Source: an uncultured Spirochaetota bacterium (GTDB taxonomy: Bacteria > Spirochaetota > Spirochaetia > JAFGXN01). From it: DNA of 64,000 nucleotides. The position numbers were made by a program, and so were the translations under genes. Numbering within the stretch: position 1 is the stretch's first letter; every line of letters starts with the position of its first letter. The DNA lies in assembly GCA_944388995.1 (NCBI GenBank), contig CALXKN010000004.1, forward strand, positions 6,394-70,393, read 5' to 3'. Shown here one piece after another: positions 8,834-18,955 of this stretch. The notes beneath the pieces were generated by a model. That model did not search any database, was not told the origin of the DNA, and saw only the letters and a list, made by a program, of their open reading frames with translations.

Positions 8834-10839
8834 GATTCAATGCTCCGAATTTGAAGGACGTTGGGAATTGCCGACACTCCTTTTTTGACTTTATACAAAT
8901 CTTTGGCGCGGTTAAGTTCGATCATAAATTCTCCTTCCAGAAGATTTTTTTCGTTTTCATGAAGACTGCCGCGCAGTAAATGACCGGAAAACGGTTTCAG
9001 AATGTTTTCGATTTCTGAAAAGAGATTGCTGACCTCTTTGCTTAAAATCGAAAAGGTGTAAATTTTCCGGGGGGAGGAAATTTCCCATTCAACTTCAATC
9101 AGACGGTCTTTGATGTTTTCGATGTGCTGGAGATTTTTGCAGTCGGTACGGTGAACGATGATGCCGCGGCTGTGTGAAATGTAGCCGATAATCGAATCTC
9201 CGGGGGCAGGGCGGCAGCAGGTGGCGGTCTTGATTAAAAAGTTTTTCTCTTTATTGACCGAAAGTCCCAGCCGCGCTTTATCGAAAAATTCGCGGACAAC
9301 AGCGCCCGGTTCGGCGGCGGCCGTCTTTTTTCCTTTTTTTGATTCGCCCGGCAACACAGCGGGCGCTTTTTTCTTCGCAATAATCGACGATTCGATGATG
9401 TAATTTTCATCGTTTTTATTGAGCCACTGTCGGATCTTTGAACGGGCGGTGGAGGTTTTAACGAATTTCAGCCAGTTGATATTCGGTCGGGCGTTCGGCG
9501 ACGTTTGAATTTCCACCATTTGAGAGTTTTCCAGCGGCCGGTTAAGGGGCGAGATTTTTCCGTCGACTTTGGCTCCGATACAGTTGTTTCCCAGTTGAGT
9601 ATGGACCCGATAAGCAAAATCAATCGGTGTCGATCCTTTCGGCAGTTCGAGAATCTGTCCGGCCGGCGTAAAGACATAAATGGTGTCTTTCAGTAAATCC
9701 CTCTGAATTTCTTCCAAAAATTCGCGGGAGTTGTACATGGAGTTTTGCCACTCTTTCATTTTATTGATGACAGAGAGGTTGATGTCGTCTTCGCCGTTGA
9801 GTTTGATGTTTTTTTTATACGCCCAGTGGGCGGCGATGCCGTGCTCGGCCCGGTTGTGCATCTCTTCGGTTCGAATCTGAATTTCCAAAATCAATCCGTT
9901 GGGCACCATGACCGTTGTATGCAGACTTTGATATTTATTTGCTTTCGGCATGGCGATGTAATCTTTGAATTTCCCTTCAATCGGCGTGTAAAGGCTGTGA
10001 ACGAGCCCCATTAAAATGTAACACTCCTGATTGGTGCGGCAAATGACGCGGATGCCGAGAATATCGGAAATTTCCTGCAAGCTGATGTGCCGCCGTTTCG
10101 TCTTTCGGTAAATCGAATAGATGTGTTTGGTTCGCGCCGAGGTCGTGACTTTGTAGCCGGCTTTGCGCGCCTCGGACTTGATCTCTTCCTGTACGCGGTC
10201 GAGAGTTTCGCGGTATTTTTCAACGTCTTCGTGGACGGTCTGCCTGATGTGGTTGTACGCTTCCGGATTGAGTTCTTTGAACGCCAAATCCTCCAGCTCG
10301 GTTTTCATCCACGAAATTCCCAGTCTCTCGGCCAGCGGCGCATAGATGTCCAGGCACTCCCGCGCAAACCGTTTTGCCCGCTCCGGCGGCAGAAAATGAA
10401 CCGTCTGAATGTTGTGGAGTTTGTCCGCCAGTTTGATGATGATGACGCGGATGTCCTGCGTCATGGCAATCAGCATTTTGCGGATTGATTCGGCTTCCTG
10501 TTCGTTCTTTTTCGACAGTTTGACGCCGGAAATTTTTGTCACGCCGTTGACAAGCCGGGCGGTCTCCTCCCCGAAGTCGGTCTTTAATTCCTCAAGCGTG
10601 TAACCGGTGTCTTCCACGGTGTCATGAAGCAGGGCGGCCATTACGGTCATGGCGTCCATTTTCATATCAATGAGAATTAAGGCGACGCTTACGGGATGAA
10701 TGATGTACGGTTCTCCGCTGAGCCGTTTTTGACTGCCGTGGAGTTCGATCGCCTTGCTGAGCGCGGCCTGAATTTTCCGTCTGTCTTTTCCTGAAAAGAG
10801 GTCCAGTTTAGATTGAAAGGAGGTGATGATGGTTTCCAT
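8830..10839 (-). CDS. relA: bifunctional (p)ppGpp synthetase/hydrolase (RelA/SpoT family)
   Basis: HD domain (HPVSVALIL...LHDTVEDT), synthetase and TGS/ACT-like regions. ORF extends to 10914, but ATG at 10839 (METIIT) avoids a long overlap with prmC and is the more likely start. Confidence 0.85.
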   Translation of the reverse strand: METIITSFQSKLDLFSGKDRRKIQAALSKAIELHGSQKRLSGEPYIIHPVSVALILIDMKMDAMTVMAALLHDTVEDTGYTLEELKTDFGEETARLVNGVTKISGVKLSKKNEQEAESIRKMLIAMTQDIRVIIIKLADKLHNIQTVHFLPPERAKRFARECLDIYAPLAERLGISWMKTELEDLAFKELNPEAYNHIRQTVHEDVEKYRETLDRVQEEIKSEARKAGYKVTTSARTKHIYSIYRKTKRRHISLQEISDILGIRVICRTNQECYILMGLVHSLYTPIEGKFKDYIAMPKANKYQSLHTTVMVPNGLILEIQIRTEEMHNRAEHGIAAHWAYKKNIKLNGEDDINLSVINKMKEWQNSMYNSREFLEEIQRDLLKDTIYVFTPAGQILELPKGSTPIDFAYRVHTQLGNNCIGAKVDGKISPLNRPLENSQMVEIQTSPNARPNINWLKFVKTSTARSKIRQWLNKNDENYIIESSIIAKKKAPAVLPGESKKGKKTAAAEPGAVVREFFDKARLGLSVNKEKNFLIKTATCCRPAPGDSIIGYISHSRGIIVHRTDCKNLQHIENIKDRLIEVEWEISSPRKIYTFSILSKEVSNLFSEIENILKPFSGHLLRGSLHENEKNLLEGEFMIELNRAKDLYKVKKGVSAIPNVLQIRSIES

Positions 10840-11674
10840 AAACGACCCGTTCCCGACCGGCGGCGTCCCGCAGAACACCCGTTTCAGTATAACACAATTC
10901 TTCCATTTTGGCACGAATAATTTTCATTTGATGGGGAGCGGCTTCCAACAGCAGCCGCCCGCCCGGATTCAGTTTGACCGGGGCGCCGCTGAGAATGCGC
11001 AGGATCAGGGAAAGACCGTCGCCGCCGTCGGTAAGAGCCGGTTCCGGTTCATATAAATCGGGTTTGAGGTTTTCCATTTCCGTCAAACTGATATACGGCG
11101 GATTGGCGGCGATGATGTCGTAGTGTCCGGGAAGATTTTTCATCAAATCCCGTTTAAAGACAGTGATTTCCAATCCGAGACGGCGGAAATTCCTCCGCGC
11201 CACTTTTAACGCGGCTGCGCTGATATCCGATGCGCAGACCGTCCAACGCGGACGGGCGTTTTTCACCGCGGCGGCGATACAACCGGAACCGGTACAGAGA
11301 TCGAGCACCCGTAACGGCTTATTCTTGTCGCCGCTTTCAATGACGGCTTCGGCAAGCGTTTCGGTTTCCGATCGCGGAACCAAAACAGCCGGCGTGACCT
11401 CCAAATCCAAGCCGAAGAAACAACGGCTTTTGGTAATGTAAGCGACGGGAACGCCGGCAAGACGTCGTCTCAAAAAGCGGTTAAATCTCCGCTTTACGTT
11501 TTCCGGAACCTTCTCGTCAGCTGCCAGCAGCAACTGCGTCTGATTCAATCCCGATGCATATTCCGTAAGCAGCCGCACGTCCCACTGCGGTGAATCGAAA
11601 TTTTCAGGAGAACGCGGCGGCGGCGCCTCTTTCAGACGGCGAATTGCCTGCGTCTGCAGCTCTTTAAAAGTCAT
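10808..11674 (-). CDS. prmC: release factor glutamine N5-methyltransferase
   Basis: SAM-MTase motif [12 protein letters not shown] and IIAANPPYI (NPPY) motif; directly downstream of prfA. Confidence 0.85.
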   Translation of the reverse strand: MTFKELQTQAIRRLKEAPPPRSPENFDSPQWDVRLLTEYASGLNQTQLLLAADEKVPENVKRRFNRFLRRRLAGVPVAYITKSRCFFGLDLEVTPAVLVPRSETETLAEAVIESGDKNKPLRVLDLCTGSGCIAAAVKNARPRWTVCASDISAAALKVARRNFRRLGLEITVFKRDLMKNLPGHYDIIAANPPYISLTEMENLKPDLYEPEPALTDGGDGLSLILRILSGAPVKLNPGGRLLLEAAPHQMKIIRAKMEELCYTETGVLRDAAGRERVVYGNHHHLLSI

Positions 11675-12743
11675 CGTTGTCTGTCAACGCATCCTGGTTG
11701 GCGTTGATTTTCAACGCTTCGATTAATTCTTCCAGTTTTCCTTCCATTATTTGGTCGAGTTTATAAAGCGTTAAATTGATTCTGTGATCGGTCAGACGGT
11801 TCTGCGGAAAGTTGTATGTGCGAATCCGTTCGGAACGGTCTCCGCTTCCGACTTGGTGTTTTCGATCGGCGGCGCGTTCGGCTGCTTTTCGGGCTTCTTC
11901 CATTTCGTAAAGACGCGAGCGCAGCACCTTTATGGCCTTTGCCCGGTTTTTGATTTGCGACTTTTCGTCCTGGCAGGTAACCACCAATCCGGTCGGTAAG
12001 TGGGTGACGCGGACAGCCGAGTCGGTCGTATTGACGCTCTGCCCGCCGGGACCGGAGGAGCGGTAAACGTCGATTTTTAAGTCGTTTTCGTTGATTTCAA
12101 TGTCGGTTTCTTCCGCCTCCGGCAAAACGGCAACGGTAACGGCTGAAGTGTGGATGCGTCCGCCCGATTCGGTTGCGGGAATTCGCTGGACACGGTGAAC
12201 GCCGCTTTCATAACGCAAATCGCCGTAAACTTCCCGCCCGCTGATGTTGAAAATGATTTCTTTAAAACCGCCCAGTTCGTTTTCATTGGAGGAGAGCACT
12301 TCGATCTTCCATTTTCGGGCATCGGCGTAATACGAGTACATTCGGAAGAGATCGGCGGCAAAAAGAGCCGATTCGTCGCCTCCCGTCCCCGCGCGGATTT
12401 CCATAATAATATTTTTCAAATCGAGAGGATCCTTAGGAATCAGCAGTTTTTTTAACTCCGCTTCCAGAATTTCTCTCTTTTTTTCACATTCTTTTAAATC
12501 TTCTTTGGCCAGTTCCCGCATCTCTTCGTCGGAGTCGTCTGTCATCAGTTCACGGCAGTCGCTGATTTGACGTTCGGTTTCTCTGTATTCGTCAAATTTT
12601 TGTTTAATTTCAAACAACGCGGCGTGTTCCGTTGTCAGTTCGCGGTAGCGGTTGCGGTCGGCAATCACCGCGGGATCGGCCAGCAGCGTCTCGATTTTTT
12701 CAAAATTCTCGGCAATTTTTTCCAGTTTATCGAACATTCCCAT
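11664..12743 (-). CDS. prfA: peptide chain release factor 1
   Basis: [20 protein letters not shown] plus SGPGGQSVN (GGQ motif) and PxT-type domain layout. Confidence 0.9.
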   Translation of the reverse strand: MGMFDKLEKIAENFEKIETLLADPAVIADRNRYRELTTEHAALFEIKQKFDEYRETERQISDCRELMTDDSDEEMRELAKEDLKECEKKREILEAELKKLLIPKDPLDLKNIIMEIRAGTGGDESALFAADLFRMYSYYADARKWKIEVLSSNENELGGFKEIIFNISGREVYGDLRYESGVHRVQRIPATESGGRIHTSAVTVAVLPEAEETDIEINENDLKIDVYRSSGPGGQSVNTTDSAVRVTHLPTGLVVTCQDEKSQIKNRAKAIKVLRSRLYEMEEARKAAERAADRKHQVGSGDRSERIRTYNFPQNRLTDHRINLTLYKLDQIMEGKLEELIEALKINANQDALTDNDDF

Positions 12744-12829
12744 GCCCTCATTATACGGTTTTTTTGATAAAAGACAAATGACCTGCGGAATTTTTTACCG
12801 TAAATCGAATCTGTTTCCGAATAAATAAT

Positions 12830-12858
12830 TTGACAACAGCGGAAAGTGCATGTATAAT
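12830..12858 (+). promoter_or_regulatory. sigma70-like promoter (TTGACA-17-TATAAT) for sialidase gene
   Basis: TTGACA at 12830-12835, 17-nt spacer, TATAAT at 12853-12858; AGGAG RBS at 12877-12881. Confidence 0.5.
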
Positions 12859-12888
12859 AGCAACAGAATTCATCACAGGAGTTTCTTT

Positions 12889-14538
12889 GTGAAAAAATTG
12901 ATTTTTTGTTTGGTAATAGCGCCGATGCTGATGTGTTCGGTTCCGTTTATAACGAAGTTTGAAATGGCTTACGCCGGAGACGCCTCCGGATCGGGATATT
13001 TCCGCATTCCCGCATTGCTGACGCTGCGCAGTCCGGACGGCTCCCTGACCGATACCGTTGTGGCTGTTCAGGACGTCCGTTTCTCCGGGTTGGGGGATTC
13101 TCCCGCCAATATCGATTCGGGAATTCGTATCTCGCACGACGCCGGAAAAACCTTTGACGGGCACCGTCTTCTGCCGCCGTACACCTTCCGCGACGTAGCG
13201 GACGGAGAAAAGCATAAAACCGATTCGGCTTCCTTTATCGACTGTTCCCTGTTTCAGAATTACGGAACGGGCCGGCTTTTCGTCGCGGTCAATATGTTCC
13301 CATGGGGGGGCGGCATCATGGGCGGAAACGTCGTAGAGGGTACGCCGTTTGTCGAAAAAGACGGCGAAACCGTGATGCTGCTGACGGCAACGAAGGCGGC
13401 GGTTGATTTGATTGAAAGCGGAGAAGCGCCGGATCCCGAAAAAATTTGGGAAAAAGCGGCGCGTCTGTCCGATGTCAAACGTCCCGGAACCTATTATGTG
13501 AAAAAAGTTTCCGAATATCCCGTTTATCAAACCGATGCTTCGGGAGGGATTTTGTCCGACGAAAACGGATATGCGCGGCTGAAAGAGCCGTTTAAGCGGG
13601 AAATTTACGATGAAAACGGCAGTTACACGAATTTCTTTCTGAACGAACGGTATGAAGTCTGCTATGACGACGGCAGCGATCGGGGGATTGTCCTGAAGGT
13701 TCAGCAAATCGGCGGCGGGGAAACCGTTCCGATGAACGTCGCGTTTAAATATTCGATTTTTCAAATGTTCCGCACGTCGTATAACTTTTTGATTTACAGC
13801 GACGATAAAGGGCAGACGTGGTCGGACCCGATCAATTTGACCGGTATGATTCAAAAACCGACGGAAAACGTCACATACCAAATCGCATCGCCGGGAACCG
13901 GTCTTTATGTTGACCGCGGTCCTTACAAAGGAAGGGTGATGTTTGCCTGCTATACGAATACATCTCCCGACGGAGCGGTGAAGGCGGAAGTGCCGGTTGC
14001 GGTTTGGTCGGATGATAACGGCAAGACGTGGACGCGCGGCGAGACGCTGACTGATTTGGGCGATACCGTCAAGATGTCGGAATCGGTTCTGACGGTGATG
14101 CCGGACGGCAATATCCGCATTTTTTCGCGGACGGGATCGAGCCGGGTCGGTACGGCGCTCTCCCTTGACGGCGGAAAAACGTGGCAGACGGCGCAAAAAA
14201 TTGAAAAAATTTACAATGCCGCAAGTTCCGGCTGTCAGATTACGGTTTTCAATTATCCGGTCAAGGTTGACGGCTGTGACGCGCTGGTTTTGGCCTCTCC
14301 GCAATCAGTTAAGGCGAGGGAAAAAGGGACATTGTGGATCGGTTTGATTCGCGACGGCTCGGGGAATGAAATCGACTGGACGCCGACGACGATTCACGAC
14401 GGCGCTTACGCCTACTCTTGCGCAACTCCGCTGGCCATTTATTCCGAAAGAGGATTCCCCGCGGTCGGTCTCTACGCCGAGTTGGAAGGCAACAAAATGC
14501 ATTACGGGATTCTTTCGTTTGATGATTTGCGCCGCTGA
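12889..14538 (+). CDS. exo-alpha-sialidase (neuraminidase), secreted
   Basis: YFRIPAL (FRIP motif), Asp-boxes SDDKGQTW, SDDNGKTW, SLDGGKTW; signal peptide after GTG 12889. ORF-track start 12850 lies inside the -10 box. Confidence 0.8.
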   Translation: MKKLIFCLVIAPMLMCSVPFITKFEMAYAGDASGSGYFRIPALLTLRSPDGSLTDTVVAVQDVRFSGLGDSPANIDSGIRISHDAGKTFDGHRLLPPYTFRDVADGEKHKTDSASFIDCSLFQNYGTGRLFVAVNMFPWGGGIMGGNVVEGTPFVEKDGETVMLLTATKAAVDLIESGEAPDPEKIWEKAARLSDVKRPGTYYVKKVSEYPVYQTDASGGILSDENGYARLKEPFKREIYDENGSYTNFFLNERYEVCYDDGSDRGIVLKVQQIGGGETVPMNVAFKYSIFQMFRTSYNFLIYSDDKGQTWSDPINLTGMIQKPTENVTYQIASPGTGLYVDRGPYKGRVMFACYTNTSPDGAVKAEVPVAVWSDDNGKTWTRGETLTDLGDTVKMSESVLTVMPDGNIRIFSRTGSSRVGTALSLDGGKTWQTAQKIEKIYNAASSGCQITVFNYPVKVDGCDALVLASPQSVKAREKGTLWIGLIRDGSGNEIDWTPTTIHDGAYAYSCATPLAIYSERGFPAVGLYAELEGNKMHYGILSFDDLRR

Positions 14539-14564
14539 CAGGAAGTTTCGGAGCGAAATTTGAA

Positions 14565-14618
14565 GGGAAGAAGCGTCCGCTTGCGGCGCTTCTTCCCTTT
14601 CTTTTTCTTTTTCTTTCG
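14565..14618 (+). terminator. rho-independent terminator after sialidase
   Basis: 11-bp perfect stem gggaagaagcg/cgcttcttccc followed by a tttctttttctttttctttc T-tract. Confidence 0.65.
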
Positions 14619-14665
14619 GCGGCAAACCGGTTGATTTCTTTTGAGATTCCGGGTAATCTGGATTT

Positions 14666-15535
14666 ATGAAAAACCCGGCTGCCGTTCTGATTCTTTCCGT
14701 TCTGTTTTCAGGCTGCGTGATTTGGAAAAGCGCCCGCGCCGTCGAAGCGCCGCAAACCGACGGAAAAATTACCGACAGGGCTCAAAAGATCGTCTTTGAC
14801 ACCGGAAAAGCGCCGGAATCTTCCGGCGTCGAGAACATCTTCGGCGATGAAAATTACTTTATCACCCACGGAGACAGTTTTTGTCCGTCGGCCGTTTACG
14901 GAATGCAGGTTGAGGACGGAGAGATTGTGCGCTATGACGAGTTCCGGCTGAAGGGCGGTACGCAATTCGACTGGGAAGATACGGCCTCTTCCGTCGATGA
15001 AAACGGAAACCGGACGCTCTATTTGGCCGATATCGGCGACAACTGGCGTTTCCGGACGCGGAAAACCATTTACGTTATCACGAAAATCGAAAACGACCGC
15101 GCCGTTGTCGACCGGAAAATCCGGTTCCGCTGTGTCAGGGACGGAAAAACCGTGTATGCCGATACCGAAGCGCTGTTTTTTTACGGCGGCGCGTTATATG
15201 TTATGACCAAAAATTCCGGAAAGGCGCTGATGTTCCGGATTCCGCTGGACGAAGGCGACCGCGTTGACGCCGAATTCGTGCAGTCGGTTTCCGTTCCCTC
15301 TCTCATTACCTCTGCGGCCGCAACCGACGACGGCGCTGTTTTGGCGGTTCTGTCGCTCGGGTACCTGTATTTTTACGATATTTCCGGCGGAACGGATAAC
15401 CTCGATTCAAAAGTGATAAAAATTTACTCCGCCTCCGGCTGCCGCCAGTGCGAAGGCGTTTGTTTTACCCGCGACGGAAGGGTCGCCGTCACTAACGAGC
15501 AAGGCGAACTCTATCTGTTTTCGGTTGACTTTTAA
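14666..15535 (+). CDS. hypothetical lipoprotein
   Basis: Signal peptide with LFSGC lipobox; no catalytic motif recognised. Confidence 0.45.
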   Translation: MKNPAAVLILSVLFSGCVIWKSARAVEAPQTDGKITDRAQKIVFDTGKAPESSGVENIFGDENYFITHGDSFCPSAVYGMQVEDGEIVRYDEFRLKGGTQFDWEDTASSVDENGNRTLYLADIGDNWRFRTRKTIYVITKIENDRAVVDRKIRFRCVRDGKTVYADTEALFFYGGALYVMTKNSGKALMFRIPLDEGDRVDAEFVQSVSVPSLITSAAATDDGAVLAVLSLGYLYFYDISGGTDNLDSKVIKIYSASGCRQCEGVCFTRDGRVAVTNEQGELYLFSVDF

Positions 15536-15795
15536 GGATTTTCGTTCTCTCCGGCAGCCGGACTCAGCCGTTCCAGTTCCTGCGTTAAACGAAGATTTTC
15601 GGCTTTCAGCGCTTCGATTTCTTTTGTGAGCGTTTGCACGGAAGAGACGGCTTTTTTATCGTTGGTGAAGTTGTCGATGACCCCATAGCGTTCCAGGAAG
15701 AAGAACAGAAGTATGTAAGGGACGACAATCAGAAATGAGACAAGGATGCGTCTGACGGTAGCTCTGTAGTCTTTATCTCCCGACGGTTTTGTCAT
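15532..15795 (-). CDS. small membrane protein with C-terminal coiled coil (FtsB/DivIC-like topology)
   Basis: 87 aa; single TM (ILVSFLIVVPYILLFFFL) followed by a leucine-zipper-like KEIEALKAENLRLTQELERL. Confidence 0.35.
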   Translation of the reverse strand: MTKPSGDKDYRATVRRILVSFLIVVPYILLFFFLERYGVIDNFTNDKKAVSSVQTLTKEIEALKAENLRLTQELERLSPAAGENENP

Positions 15796-15866
15796 GAAAG
15801 CCTCCTGTTTTGATATTAGCCTGTTTCTGGAAAAAAGTCAAATCCGAATTCATGGAAAATTCCTGC

Positions 15867-15895
15867 TTGATATTTGGGGAGGGGAGTGGTATAGT
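15867..15895 (+). promoter_or_regulatory. sigma70-like promoter (TTGATA-17-TATAGT)
   Basis: TTGATA 15867-15872, 17-nt spacer, TATAGT 15890-15895; about 30 nt upstream of ATG 15926 with AAGGAG RBS. Confidence 0.4.
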
Positions 15896-15925
15896 GAAAC
15901 TATATGGAATAAAAAGGAGTTCCCG

Positions 15926-17332
15926 ATGCAAAAACGACGTTTTTTTTTCTTTATATTTATCCTGTTTTCATTCCTGTGTTACGGGATTGATGCGGATTTT
16001 GATTTAACTCCGCTGACAGAAAACGGGGTTCTTGTCTATCCCACGCCTCCGAGGGCGTCCGGACAGAGCGATGTATTGGCTTTGCGTTGTGAGCCGATTG
16101 AAACCGTGCGTATTGCCGCCATCGGATTGGGAATGCGGGGATCTTCCATGACGCTGAGTTTTGCCCGTGTTCCGAACGCCGAAATTACCGTTATTTGCGA
16201 TAAAAATCCCGAAGCGGTTGAAAAGACGGTTCGGGCGTTAAAAGCCCTCGGTAAATCGGAACCTGTAACGTATACAGGCGAAGAAGATTGGAAAGAGATT
16301 TGCCGTCGCGGCGATGTTGATTTGATTTGCGTTTTTACGCCGTGGCCGCTGCACACTCCGATTGCTGTCGAGGCAATGAGAAACGGAAAGCACGTCGCAA
16401 TAGAAGTTCCGGCGGCATTGACATTGCGGGAGTGTTGGCAGTTGGTCGATACGGCTGAACAGACCCGCCGCCATTGTATTATGATGGAGAACTGCAATTA
16501 TGATTTTTTTGAAATGGCAATACTGAATATGGCGCAGCAGGGTGTTTTCGGAGAAATCGTTCACGTCGAAGGTGCGTATATCCACGATTTGCGCAGCATG
16601 CACTTTGCTTTGCCGGGGGAAGAGGGACATTATGAGGATATGTGGCGTCTTCAGGAGACTCGGAAACATACCGGGAATCTCTATCCGACGCACGGATTGG
16701 GACCTGTCGCTCATGTTTTGAATCTCCATCGTGGTGATAAAATCGATGTTCTGGTTTCGCTTTCCTCTGGACAATTCGGAATGAGTGCATTTGCCGAAAA
16801 TAAATTCGGTAAGGATTCCGAATTTGCGGGAGAGGATTATCGGTTGGGCGATATGAATACAACCGTTGCCAGAACCGTTAACGGAAAGACGGTTATGATT
16901 CAGCATGACGTGACTTCTCCCCGTCCGTACAGCCGTCTTCATACTGTCAGCGGAACAAAGGGATTTGCACAGAAATATCCGGTAGAGACCATTGCTTTGG
17001 ATCCAGATGCCCATCAGTCGGTTTCCAAGGCAAAATTAAAGGCACTTCTGAAAAAATACGAGCATCCGATTACCAGACAGTACGGACGGAAAGCAAAATC
17101 CGTCGGCGGGCATGGCGGAATGGATTATATTATGAACTGTCGAATCATTTACTGCCTGAATCACGGGCTGCCGATGGATCAGGATGTTTATGATGCGGCC
17201 GAATGGAGCGCTTTTTGTGAGTTGACGGAAGTTTCGGCCGAAAACAACGGAATTCCTGTTCGATTTCCCGATTTTACAAGAGGCGCATGGAACCGTTTGG
17301 ACGGTGTAAAATATTATATGGACGGAGAATGA
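15926..17332 (+). CDS. secreted Gfo/Idh/MocA-family NAD-dependent enzyme, GH109 (alpha-N-acetylgalactosaminidase)-like
   Basis: Signal peptide MQKRRFFFFIFILFSFLCYG, Rossmann motif IAAIGLGMRG, about 470 aa typical of GH109. ORF-track start 15794 is upstream of the RBS-supported ATG 15926. Confidence 0.55.
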   Translation: MQKRRFFFFIFILFSFLCYGIDADFDLTPLTENGVLVYPTPPRASGQSDVLALRCEPIETVRIAAIGLGMRGSSMTLSFARVPNAEITVICDKNPEAVEKTVRALKALGKSEPVTYTGEEDWKEICRRGDVDLICVFTPWPLHTPIAVEAMRNGKHVAIEVPAALTLRECWQLVDTAEQTRRHCIMMENCNYDFFEMAILNMAQQGVFGEIVHVEGAYIHDLRSMHFALPGEEGHYEDMWRLQETRKHTGNLYPTHGLGPVAHVLNLHRGDKIDVLVSLSSGQFGMSAFAENKFGKDSEFAGEDYRLGDMNTTVARTVNGKTVMIQHDVTSPRPYSRLHTVSGTKGFAQKYPVETIALDPDAHQSVSKAKLKALLKKYEHPITRQYGRKAKSVGGHGGMDYIMNCRIIYCLNHGLPMDQDVYDAAEWSAFCELTEVSAENNGIPVRFPDFTRGAWNRLDGVKYYMDGE

Positions 17333-18120
17333 AAATTAATTCAATGAAGAGTGCTTCGGAAGTGCGCACGGCTTGCCGCACAGGACGTTGGGACGGACCA
17401 ACCTGCGGATTGGCGCCCGGTTTTGTTCAGGCCAATTTGGCTGTTTTTCCGAAAGATTGGGCCTATGATTTTCTGCTTTTTGCGCAGCGCAATCCCCGTC
17501 CGGTGCCGGTTTTGGAAGTCGGTGAAACTGGTGATTTTCTTGTGAAAGAGCTTGCCGAAGACGCCGATATCAGAACCGATTTACCGAAATACATCGTTTG
17601 GGAGAACGGAAAGCCTGTCTGTGAAGTGCCCGATATCGTCGATTTTTGGAGAGAGGATCTCGTTTGGTTTCTGATTGGCTGCAGCTTCAGTTTTGAAGAG
17701 GAATTGATGAATGCAGGACTTCCTGTCCGTCATATTGAGGAAAAAGTCAACGTTCCGATGTACCGAAGTTCATTGATTTGCAGAGGCGCCGGAAAAATTC
17801 CTGATACGCCGATGGTTGTCAGTATGAGACCTTACACGCCGGAAGACGCCGAACGGGCTTCGGAAATCACCGGAAGGATGCCGTCTGTTCACGGAGCCCC
17901 CGTTCATAAGGGCTCTCCCGACGCTATCGGCATTAAAGACATTCAAAAACCGGATTTTGGGGATGCCGTTACGGTCTATCCCGGAGAAATTCCTGTTTTT
18001 TGGGCATGCGGAGTCACTCCGCAATCGGCAGTCATGGAAGCGAAGCCGCCGTTTATGATTTCACACGCCCCGGGGCATATGTTCATCGGAGATAAGCGGA
18101 ATGAAGAGTACCGCATTTGA
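17329..18120 (+). CDS. DUF1445/YcsI-family protein (putative hydro-lyase; D-glutamate cyclase-like C-terminal domain)
   Basis: RTACRTGRWDGPTCGLAPGFVQANLAVFPKDWAYDFLLFAQRNPRPVPVL matches the conserved DUF1445 N-terminus; lies beside pxpBAC as in the B. subtilis ycsF-ycsI-kipIA operon. Confidence 0.6.
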   Translation: MKINSMKSASEVRTACRTGRWDGPTCGLAPGFVQANLAVFPKDWAYDFLLFAQRNPRPVPVLEVGETGDFLVKELAEDADIRTDLPKYIVWENGKPVCEVPDIVDFWREDLVWFLIGCSFSFEEELMNAGLPVRHIEEKVNVPMYRSSLICRGAGKIPDTPMVVSMRPYTPEDAERASEITGRMPSVHGAPVHKGSPDAIGIKDIQKPDFGDAVTVYPGEIPVFWACGVTPQSAVMEAKPPFMISHAPGHMFIGDKRNEEYRI

Positions 18121-18955
18121 TAAAATTGAAAATTTGGTATTACAGGATCCCGGTAAAAGAGGGTTTCCGCGCTTTGCCGTTCCGGGAATGTACCGTCGGG
18201 CGGCGGAGTCTCTTTTTTTTGCGTCGTCAGTATGGATGGTTTCCGGATTTTGGATTCTTGGGGCAGGCGCCTTGGAAACCGACGGACCTCCGGGAACGGT
18301 GGTTTTGGCATCCGCTTTGAAACAATTAAAAATTCCGGTCAGAGTTTTTACCGATGCACACTCCGTCGGAATTTTTCACTCCGCTTCGGCCGCTCTCGGA
18401 TTGACTGATCTTCCGGTTGACGGTGCGGATCATTTCGCATTCCGTTCAGGAGAAATTGCGCCGTCGCATTTTATCGCGTTGGAGCGTCCCGGAAAAGCTG
18501 TTGACGGAGAGTGTTATAATTTCCGGGGAGAGTCGGTATCCCGGTTTACGGCCGATACCGATGCTCTTTTGAACCGGGTCAAATCGGAGGGGAGTGTTAT
18601 TGTTGCTGTCGGTGACGGCGGTAACGAGTTGGGAATGGGAAATTTCCGCAGGCAAACGGAAAGACTTTTTTCGGACGGACGGCCTTTTGCCGCTGTCGCC
18701 GTTTCCGATTTTCCTCTTTGTGCCGGAGTCAGTAATTGGGGAGGTTACGCTTTGGCAGCCATGCTTTCGTTGCTGAGCGGAAGGCCTTTGATGCCGACTG
18801 CTTCAACGCTTTCGGCGGTTCTGAAAGCGTGTGCGGCGGCCGGTTGCGTTGACGGCGTTACCGGGCGGAATGAAACTACGGTGGACGGACTGCCTCCCGG
18901 ATATGAGGAGGAAGTTTACGTGCAAATACGGAGGATTGCAGATGTTTCCGTTTGA
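18101..18955 (+). CDS. DUF4392-like protein (partner of DUF1445)
   Basis: Adjacent to and overlapping DUF1445; GDGGNELGMGN motif. The assignment rests mainly on recalled family co-occurrence. Confidence 0.4.
   Translation: MKSTAFDKIENLVLQDPGKRGFPRFAVPGMYRRAAESLFFASSVWMVSGFWILGAGALETDGPPGTVVLASALKQLKIPVRVFTDAHSVGIFHSASAALGLTDLPVDGADHFAFRSGEIAPSHFIALERPGKAVDGECYNFRGESVSRFTADTDALLNRVKSEGSVIVAVGDGGNELGMGNFRRQTERLFSDGRPFAAVAVSDFPLCAGVSNWGGYALAAMLSLLSGRPLMPTASTLSAVLKACAAAGCVDGVTGRNETTVDGLPPGYEEEVYVQIRRIADVSV

Noticed and set aside
12850-12888. ATG 12850 as the sialidase start
   Set aside because: ATG 12850 lies inside the -10 hexamer of a TTGACA-17-TATAAT promoter. The signal peptide begins at the RBS-supported GTG 12889.
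12751-14304. 517-aa ORF antisense to the sialidase gene
   Set aside because: R/G/P-rich, low-complexity translation typical of the reverse frame of a GC-rich gene. The sense frame has unambiguous sialidase motifs.
16238-17014. 258-aa ORF antisense to the GH109-like gene
   Set aside because: Shadow ORF; the sense frame has a signal peptide and Rossmann motif.
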